A stretch of 34,135 nucleotides of DNA. Origin: an uncultured bacterium. GTDB taxonomy: Bacteria; Hydrogenedentota; Hydrogenedentia; Hydrogenedentales; JAEUWI01. The stretch covers positions 1-34,135 of the forward strand of contig CAXBPH010000044.1 of NCBI GenBank assembly GCA_963977445.1. Direction: 5' to 3'. The notes beneath the pieces are model-generated. The model worked only from the letters and a program-made list of their open reading frames with translations. It did no database searches and was not told where the DNA came from. The position numbers and the translations under genes were made by a program. Below are positions 1 through 6,397 of this stretch, in pieces. The number at the start of each line of letters is the position of its first letter. Positions within the stretch are counted from its first letter, which is position 1.

Positions 1-187
1 CCGGACCGGGTAGACTCTCATAATACATGGATCAGTTTACAGGGGGCAGGCCAGAACGGTAATATATCAGAGACTGTGTCTATGAGATTGTATGCCAAAC
101 TATAAGTATTCATATAAACTACGTGGCAGTCAAACTCATGCTTTTCCAGGTCTTATCAATAGCCCGCCGTTAATCTTAGAGGCATAG

Positions 188-240
188 AAAGAGCGCAAAG
201 ACGTTAAATCTTTGCGCTCTTTGCGTTCTTTCGCGGCTAT
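188..240 (-). terminator. Hairpin/REP-like element just downstream of the aldolase-SDR gene; likely acts as its terminator
   Basis: AAAGAGCGCAAAGA (188-201) pairs with TCTTTGCGCTCTTT (209-222). 9-bp periodic TCTTTGCGC/TCTTTGCGT/TCTTTCGCG units continue to about 235. On the minus strand the stem ends in TTTCT. Confidence 0.6.
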
Positions 241-252
241 CAATCTTCCAAC

Positions 253-2301
253 TTACGCCAGCATCGTCTGTCCACCGGTCACGGGCAGGGCCTGGCCGGT
301 TTCGTATTGCTGCTGCGTCAGGTACACAATCGCGCGCAAGACGTCGGGTCCCGTGCAGCCGCGACCCATGGGGACTTTGGCTTCGTAGAAATGCTTAACC
401 TCTTCCACGGTCTTCGCGCCAGGCACTTTGCCGGAGTGGAGGTACTGGACGAACAAGCCCTTTTCCGGGTCGGACCACAGGGGGCCATCGAAGAAGTTGC
501 CGGGGCACACGCTGTTGACCTTGATGCCGTCTTCTACCAACTCCAGCGCAAAAGACTGGGTAAGTCCGATGCCGCCGAATTTACTGCCGGCGTAGGCACC
601 ATTCTTGTTCGAGCCGACCAAGCCGGACTTGGAATTAATCTGAACAATGTCGCTGAGATAGCTGGGCTTGGCATGGTGTTGACGGGCCATGATGGGCGCG
701 GCGTTCTGCACGCAGAGGAAGTAGCCTTTGTAGTTCACATTGGTGACGAAGTCGAAATCGGCTTCTGGCTGTTCTTTCACGCTACCCGCTTTGACCACGC
801 CCGCGTTGGCGACAAAAAGGTCGAGGCCGCCATAGAAACGCACCACCTGATGCATGGCCTCAGCGAGGCTCGCACTGTCCGTCACGTTCATGGCAAGGCC
901 CGTGGCGCGTCCGACGCCAAACTCGGCAACCAGGCTTTCCGCAGCCATTGCCGTGCCCTCGGCATTGATATCCGCCAGGACCACGTGGGCGCCTTCGGCC
1001 GCGAGTCCCTTGGCGATTTCGAGACCGAAACCCTGGGCAGCACCGGTAACCAGCGCCACCTTGCCGTCCACAGCACCCTTGGCACGGGCACCCTGGGCGA
1101 CTTTGCGACGATAATTTTCCACTTCCCAGTTTTCGATGAAGTCCCGGTCCACTTTGGTCATGTACTCAATGCCACTGATTTTGCGGGCACCAGCCATAAT
1201 TTTAATGTCGTCGATGTAGATGTCCCGCACGGTGGCAGCGTCTTTTTGCGTATCGCCCACGGTGAACATGCCGAGGCCCTGCACCAGAATAACCAGCGGG
1301 GCGAAACCCGTCTTCTCGGTGTGGTCCACAATCGACTTCGCCAGATGCTCGCAATGAGAGGCTTCGTCCATCGTTGGATCACCCACCAACCAGAGGGGGA
1401 AGGATTTACAGTAGACAATCTGGTCGGGAATCATGGGACCGCCCAGGGCTGTCTCTTTACCATCTTGTCCGCCGACAAAGGCAGCAACCACTTCGGAATC
1501 GTCAAAGGTGACGACCTTGAGGTTGGGTCCGTCGGAGAGAAGGGCGCGAAGCATGGGGCCCATACGGTTCACCAGCTCGACGCGATGTTCGTCTTTCAGC
1601 GAGAAAATCTTGCCAAAAGGCGTGGGGGAGAGCGCGCCCATGAACGCAGTAATTTCACCCAATATCTTGTCGGTCCTGGTCTTGATCTCGTCAGGCGTTT
1701 CGCCACTGATGATGAGGCCGTGGTTCCCCATGAACACCGCTTCGGGCTCGGCCTTGCCGGTTCTCTTGGTGTATTCGGCCATGGCGTCGGCGAGTCCCTT
1801 AGAGAGGACATAGCCCGGCGTCACATAGGGCAGCCACAACACGCGGTCACCAAAGATTTTCTCGGTGAGGGATTCGCCACCCCGGGCACAGGTGATCATG
1901 TTCACGATGGTCGAGTGGGTGTGGACCACGTAGGTGCCCGGCATGAGATGGTGGAGGACGCATTCGACCGACGGACGCTGGCCGCGTTCGGGGTAAATGC
2001 GGGCCGCCATGACGGCATCCTTGAACTGGGCTTCTCGGGTGTCGATTTCGTCGCTCAGGGTGCTATTGAGGAGTTCGTCGAGGGCGTCACGGTCCATCTC
2101 CACAAAACCTTCGGGGGCGATATCGGCCAGAGAGGTGCCACTGCCCTTTACCTGGAGGCGGCGACCTTCCTTGACGGAGGTGTTGCCACCACCCGCAATA
2201 ACGAAGCTCGGGTCCGTGCCGTAAAACTGGGACAGGGCAACGAGTTTGTCCATGGGCGTGCTGAGGGTGGAAAAATCGGGCCAGGGGATGGGGGACGACA
2301 T
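253..2301 (-). CDS. Bifunctional class II aldolase / short-chain dehydrogenase (RhaEW-like architecture; SDR domain resembles sorbitol-6-phosphate dehydrogenase SrlD/SorD)
   Basis: N-terminal class II aldolase motifs GGGNTSVK, RPSVE, HTH and NHGL, then a second degenerate aldolase-like domain. C-terminal SDR with TGAAQGFG, NSKSG, YAGSK and CPGNFFDGPLW. Start moved to ATG 2301, which has GGAG 7 nt upstream; the ORF track starts at 2367. Confidence 0.85.
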   Translation of the reverse strand: MSSPIPWPDFSTLSTPMDKLVALSQFYGTDPSFVIAGGGNTSVKEGRRLQVKGSGTSLADIAPEGFVEMDRDALDELLNSTLSDEIDTREAQFKDAVMAARIYPERGQRPSVECVLHHLMPGTYVVHTHSTIVNMITCARGGESLTEKIFGDRVLWLPYVTPGYVLSKGLADAMAEYTKRTGKAEPEAVFMGNHGLIISGETPDEIKTRTDKILGEITAFMGALSPTPFGKIFSLKDEHRVELVNRMGPMLRALLSDGPNLKVVTFDDSEVVAAFVGGQDGKETALGGPMIPDQIVYCKSFPLWLVGDPTMDEASHCEHLAKSIVDHTEKTGFAPLVILVQGLGMFTVGDTQKDAATVRDIYIDDIKIMAGARKISGIEYMTKVDRDFIENWEVENYRRKVAQGARAKGAVDGKVALVTGAAQGFGLEIAKGLAAEGAHVVLADINAEGTAMAAESLVAEFGVGRATGLAMNVTDSASLAEAMHQVVRFYGGLDLFVANAGVVKAGSVKEQPEADFDFVTNVNYKGYFLCVQNAAPIMARQHHAKPSYLSDIVQINSKSGLVGSNKNGAYAGSKFGGIGLTQSFALELVEDGIKVNSVCPGNFFDGPLWSDPEKGLFVQYLHSGKVPGAKTVEEVKHFYEAKVPMGRGCTGPDVLRAIVYLTQQQYETGQALPVTGGQTMLA

Positions 2302-2341
2302 ATGAGGACTCCGGGGTCTTTTGAGAGGTGATTCCATATCG

Positions 2342-2481
2342 GGAGAGTGGGTTTTCCTACCCGCCATAAAGCGGGCGTGAAGTCATCACGCCCGCGTATG
2401 CTTTTTAATGACGCTCTGGGTCACGGCATAGCTTGTCAAACTAAGTTTGCATTGTTGCGGACAGGAATGTCCGCACTCCTA
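2342..2481. repeat. REP-doublet (REPIN)-like element with a central hairpin
   Basis: Left unit GGAGAGTGGGT-TTTCCT-ACCCGC (from 2342). Central 10-bp hairpin GCGGGCGTGA-AGTCA-TCACGCCCGC (2371-2395). Right inverted unit GCGGACA-GGAA-TGTCCGC-ACTCCTA (2457-2481). Confidence 0.55.
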
Positions 2482-3747
2482 TCCAATCGCGGGGGCGTTG
2501 GCCATGAGATAGGCTTCCGCTTCGTTGGACCACAGACCGTTGTTGCTGGCCGTGATTTCCGCGAGCTTTGCATAGAACGGGTCGTCTTTGCCCAGGTCGG
2601 CCAAATCAGAGAGTGCCACGAGAGGCAGGTTACTGTTGGTGTAAATCAGCTTTTTGCCACCGGGAATGTTCGGCAGATTAGCAATCGTCTCGGCAGCGGC
2701 ATTGAGACCACCAATGTGGGTGATCATGACGGCCGGCGTGAGTTTGCCTTCGCCCATATACTTGAGGGCGATTCGCATGTCGTTGGTGTCACCGCCGCTG
2801 TTGGCAGCCACGTGATGCGACGCATAGTGGACGTCGTAGAAATTGATGGTGGCCTTGAAGGCCGTGTCGGAAGGACCGGCAAAGAAGTTCAGACAGCCAT
2901 TGGTGCCCATGATGGCGCTCGCCTGCTCGATAAGGCCGCCAACGGGAGCAAAGACGAATACGTCGGCATAGCCTTTGCCATCGGTGATGTCTTTCATGTC
3001 CTGTACAGGATTGCCGCCGCCCGTATTCACATAATGAAGCTCAACACCATTGGCCTTTGCATCGGCCACGGTGAAGAGGGAGGCCGCACGGTCCAGGCGG
3101 GCCTGATCGATATCGGTCACCACCAGAATTTTCGGCTTGTTGGGTCCGTGAATCGCATAGTCGATAGCGCCAAGCCCCATGGGCCCCGTGCCACCGAGAA
3201 GGGCCATGTTGCCTTCCGTATCGATGCCCATCTTGTGCTCATAGGAGCCGTGGGCGAAGTGATACTGAACATTGAAGCCACCTACCACGCAGGAAACGGG
3301 CTCGGCGAGGGACGCCTGGAAATAACCTTCGCCTTCATAAGAAAGGAGGCAGTCCTGGTCCATCACTTCCTTGGGGATGATGATTTTGGTGGCATGGCCG
3401 CCCAAGTACTGGAAGGAATAGCCGGGGGCGTCGAATTCGCGACCGGGCAGGTTCAGGGCGGGCTGGAGGCTGTATTTCGCGCCTACCTTTACCTTGTCCG
3501 CCTGGTTCTTGCCGACCTGAAGGATTTCGCCGCACATCTCGTGGCCCACAATGATGGGCTTGGTCGCGATGTCTGCCGGGACCCGTTTGTGGTCGGCACC
3601 CTGCTGGAGCACCTTATACGTGGACATGCAGATACTATTCGTACGCACATCCGCGAGGATTTCGTCGTCGCCGATTTCGGGAAGCTCAAAGCTTTCAAGG
3701 CGAAGGTCATGTTTGTCATAGAGACGAAGAGCGCGGGTTTGGGTCAT
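2479..3747 (-). CDS. Zn-dependent medium-chain dehydrogenase, L-sorbose-1-phosphate reductase (SorE)-like
   Basis: LRLYDKHDLRLESFELP N-terminus, ICMSTYK, Zn motif GHE, SLAEP, nucleotide-binding GGTGPMG, GCLNFFAGP, IPGGKKLIY. AAGGA RBS upstream of the ATG. Confidence 0.85.
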   Translation of the reverse strand: MTQTRALRLYDKHDLRLESFELPEIGDDEILADVRTNSICMSTYKVLQQGADHKRVPADIATKPIIVGHEMCGEILQVGKNQADKVKVGAKYSLQPALNLPGREFDAPGYSFQYLGGHATKIIIPKEVMDQDCLLSYEGEGYFQASLAEPVSCVVGGFNVQYHFAHGSYEHKMGIDTEGNMALLGGTGPMGLGAIDYAIHGPNKPKILVVTDIDQARLDRAASLFTVADAKANGVELHYVNTGGGNPVQDMKDITDGKGYADVFVFAPVGGLIEQASAIMGTNGCLNFFAGPSDTAFKATINFYDVHYASHHVAANSGGDTNDMRIALKYMGEGKLTPAVMITHIGGLNAAAETIANLPNIPGGKKLIYTNSNLPLVALSDLADLGKDDPFYAKLAEITASNNGLWSNEAEAYLMANAPAIG

Positions 3748-3787
3748 GATGTGATTGCTTCCTTAATTGAGGCTCTTTGAAAGAGCT

Positions 3788-3845
3788 TGATTGTTTGTGA
3801 TTGATTTCTGTCATAAATATAGTATAATCTATCATGAAATTGCAA
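3788..3845. promoter_or_regulatory. Divergent sigma70-type promoter region with candidate DeoR operator
   Basis: Plus strand TTGATT (3801-3806)-N16-TATAAT (3823-3828). Minus strand TTGCAA (3845-3840)-N18-TATATT. TGATTG direct repeats at 3788 and 3798, also at 3752. AT-rich patch. Confidence 0.5.
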
Positions 3846-3853
3846 GGACGCCC

Positions 3854-4645
3854 ATGACACCGACAAGAACGATAAAGCATAAAGAGCTCGCTGCCGAACG
3901 ACTGGATCGCCTACGCGCTATTCTACGCGAAACGACCGTTGTGAGGGTAGACGAGCTATGCGCGGCGCTGGAGGTGTCCCCCGCGACGGTGCGGCGTGAT
4001 CTGGAGGAATTGGAGCGCCGTGGTGAGGCCCGACGGGTCCATGGCGGTGCGGTGGCGGTGAAGAAGAAACGCTATGAAGAGCCCGTTTTTGATGACAAGG
4101 CCGCCATAGCGCCCGGTCAGAAAGAGCGCATCGCCTTGAGAGCCCTTGAATTAATTGGGGCCCGGGAAACCATCTATCTCGATGGCGGCAGCACGGTGTT
4201 GGCCCTGGCGCGACTCCTTCGCGATCGGACCGGCCTCACGGTAGTGACCAATTCACTACGGGCGGCGTCGGAGTTGGCAGGAAGTGGTCCCCAGTTGATT
4301 TTGATTGGCGGCGAGTTACGGCGTCTCAGCCAGACCATGGTGGGGCCGTTGACGCGCTTCATGCTCGAAGAGCTACATATCGACCGCGCCTTTATGGGCA
4401 CCATTGGCATTTCCCTGGAAGAGGGCATGACGACCACCGATGCGGGGGAGGCCTATACCAAAGAGCTCGTGATGCAGCGCGCCCGAGAGGTGGTCTTGCT
4501 GGCGGACAGTGGCAAAGTGGGGGTGGTCACCTTCGCACGGGCCGGTAAGCTGACGGAGGTGGGGACCTTGGTGACCGACGGTGAATTGCCCGAGGAATAT
4601 GAAACGTATTGCGCCGAAAATGGCGTTTCGGTGGTGGTGGCGTAA
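3854..4645 (+). CDS. DeoR/GlpR family transcriptional regulator
   Basis: HTH VSPATVRRDLEELE, RVHGGAV, sensor domain IYLDGGSTV, VVTNS, IGGELR, LLADSGK. AAGGA RBS before ATG 3854. Confidence 0.93.
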   Translation: MTPTRTIKHKELAAERLDRLRAILRETTVVRVDELCAALEVSPATVRRDLEELERRGEARRVHGGAVAVKKKRYEEPVFDDKAAIAPGQKERIALRALELIGARETIYLDGGSTVLALARLLRDRTGLTVVTNSLRAASELAGSGPQLILIGGELRRLSQTMVGPLTRFMLEELHIDRAFMGTIGISLEEGMTTTDAGEAYTKELVMQRAREVVLLADSGKVGVVTFARAGKLTEVGTLVTDGELPEEYETYCAENGVSVVVA

Positions 4646-4664
4646 AGGAAATTTACTGGAAAGC

Positions 4665-4833
4665 TGCAGGGTGCCACCTACACAGACACGAGGTACGAGT
4701 GGCTTTGTGGGTGCGGCGATGCAGCATTACACACGATATATCGAGAGGTCGTTGGACCTCATAGACAAGCCGGGTCAACCTGCACCCACAAGCTTGCCGG
4801 GAACCGGCGGCGCGTGTAGGTGGCACCCATGCA
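4665..4833. repeat. Nested long inverted repeat (REP-derived mosaic or structured leader RNA)
   Basis: GGGTGCCACCTACAC (4669-4683) is a perfect 15-bp complement of 4814-4828. TTGTGGGTGC (4705-4714) pairs with 4782-4791. Internal hairpins at 4745-4760 and 4796-4808. Confidence 0.65.
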
Positions 4834-4863
4834 TTTGTACTTGAACAAACGACAGGAAAACCC

Positions 4864-6216
4864 ATGCACGAAATCAAACTACCCCAATTGGGACAGAGTG
4901 TGGAAGAGGCCGAAATTACCCAGTGGCTGAAGAAGGAAGGGGACACCGTCGAACAGGGCGAACCCATCTTCACCATTCAGACCGACAAGGCCGAAATCGA
5001 AGCCGAATCCACGGCCAGTGGCATCCTTCGGAAAATCATCATTCCTGAAGAGGTTGAGGTCCCTGTGTTGACCGTCGTTGCTCTCGTGGGTGAGGCCGAC
5101 GAAGCCCTGCCCGACCTGGCCCAATATGCCGTCGGCGGTGCACCGGCTCCCGGTGCAGAAGTGCCTGCCGCAGCAGCACCCGCACCCGTCGTTGAAACGG
5201 CCGCGCCGGTAGCGGAAAGTGCCGCACCGGTAGCGGGGGAGAGCGTCGCCAGCGGTGCCATGTCACCCCGCGCACGGTCCACGGCCCAGCGCCTCAACGT
5301 TGACGCCGCCTACTTGAGTGCCTCGGGGCCCGACGGACGGATCATCGAAGAAGACGTGCTCGACTATGACAAGAAGCGTGGTTCCGTTCGCTCAACCCCC
5401 ACGGCCCGCCGCGTGGCCAGGGAGCAGGGCATCGACATCACCGCTGTCGCACCGGGCGAAACCGGTCGCATCCACAAAGGCGATGTGTTGGGTGCTTCAT
5501 CCGCCACACCGACCGCGGCTGCCCAGGCGCAAAGCGCGCCTGTTGCCCAGCCCCTCACCGGCGCAGTGGTACCCCTTACGCCCATGCGTCGCATCATCGC
5601 CCAGCGCATGGTCGAGAGCAAGTTTGGCGCACCCCATTTTTACATCACCGTAGAAGTGGACATGAAAGAATCCGTTGCCTACCGCAGCGCGCTGCCCAAC
5701 TTCAAACCCTCCTTCAACGACCTTGTCATGCGTGCGACGACCCGGGCCATCCAGTCCTTCCCCATGGTCAACGCCAAGTGGCTGGGTGACGGCATCGAGA
5801 TGCGCGACACCATCAACCTCGGTTTTGCCGTGGCCATGGAAGCCGGCCTGATTGTTCCCGTCGTCAAGGGCATTCAGAACAAGTCCCTCCAAGACATCAA
5901 TAAAGAGTGCAAGGCCCTGGCCGAAAAGGCGCGGACCGGCAAGCTGGTGCCCGAAGATTACGCGGGCAGCACCTTCACCATCTCCAACCTCGGAGCCTTT
6001 GGCGTGGATTCCTTCACCGCCATCATCAACCAGCCCGACAGCGCAATCCTGGCCATTGGTCAAATCAAGGATCAGGCCGTGGTTATCGACGGCGGCATCC
6101 AGGTGCGTCCCATGATGAAACTCACCCTGAGCAGTGACCACCGCGTTATCGACGGTGCCGTGGCCGCCCAGTTTATGGGACGTCTCAAGACCCTACTGGA
6201 AACGGCAGACTTTTAA
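4864..6216 (+). CDS. Dihydrolipoamide acyltransferase (E2 of a 2-oxoacid/acetoin dehydrogenase-type complex)
   Basis: Lipoyl domain with TDKA, Ala/Pro-rich linker, two PSBD motifs (SPRAR..SGPDGRIIEEDV and TPTARRVARE..GRIHKGDV), catalytic TFTISNLG and DHRVIDG. Confidence 0.95.
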   Translation: MHEIKLPQLGQSVEEAEITQWLKKEGDTVEQGEPIFTIQTDKAEIEAESTASGILRKIIIPEEVEVPVLTVVALVGEADEALPDLAQYAVGGAPAPGAEVPAAAAPAPVVETAAPVAESAAPVAGESVASGAMSPRARSTAQRLNVDAAYLSASGPDGRIIEEDVLDYDKKRGSVRSTPTARRVAREQGIDITAVAPGETGRIHKGDVLGASSATPTAAAQAQSAPVAQPLTGAVVPLTPMRRIIAQRMVESKFGAPHFYITVEVDMKESVAYRSALPNFKPSFNDLVMRATTRAIQSFPMVNAKWLGDGIEMRDTINLGFAVAMEAGLIVPVVKGIQNKSLQDINKECKALAEKARTGKLVPEDYAGSTFTISNLGAFGVDSFTAIINQPDSAILAIGQIKDQAVVIDGGIQVRPMMKLTLSSDHRVIDGAVAAQFMGRLKTLLETADF

Positions 6217-6224
6217 ACATTCCC

Positions 6225-6380
6225 CTCGTTCCCAAGCGCTGCTTGGGAATGCAGGTGCCGGAGCTCTGCTCCGAAGGTGGAGGCGATGACGCCTACGCCT
6301 CCTATAAATGATTGAAACCTCGTGAGCTCTTCGAAGCGGAGCTTCGGGATACGCATTCCCAAGCGGAGCTTGGGAACGAG
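6225..6380. repeat. REPIN/MITE-like element made of two pairs of palindromes
   Basis: 28-bp terminal inverted repeats CTCGTTCCCAAGC-NCN-GCTTGGGAATGC match at 26/28 and are each self-palindromic. Inner palindromes CGGAGC-TCT-GCTCCG (6259-6273) and CGAAGC-GGA-GCTTCG (6332-6346). Confidence 0.8.
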
Positions 6381-6397
6381 AGAAAAGGAAACATACT

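Noticed and set aside
1..180. AT-rich stretch at the window start
   Set aside because: Only short ORFs and no interpretable structure without upstream context.
307..3780. Long plus-strand ORFs 307-2331 (674 aa) and 2347-3780 (477 aa)
   Set aside because: Antisense shadows of well-supported minus-strand genes with no motifs; expected from GC-biased codon usage.
4665..4833. Possible 6S RNA (size, rod shape, GGGAACCGGCGGC segment)
   Set aside because: The closing stem is too short and perfect, the CCTTGAAC-type motif is not in place, and it sits inside an apparent operon. Kept only as an unexplained fold-back pending an Rfam search.
5130..5260. Imperfect GCACCG repeats within E2
   Set aside because: They encode the normal Ala/Pro-rich flexible linker.
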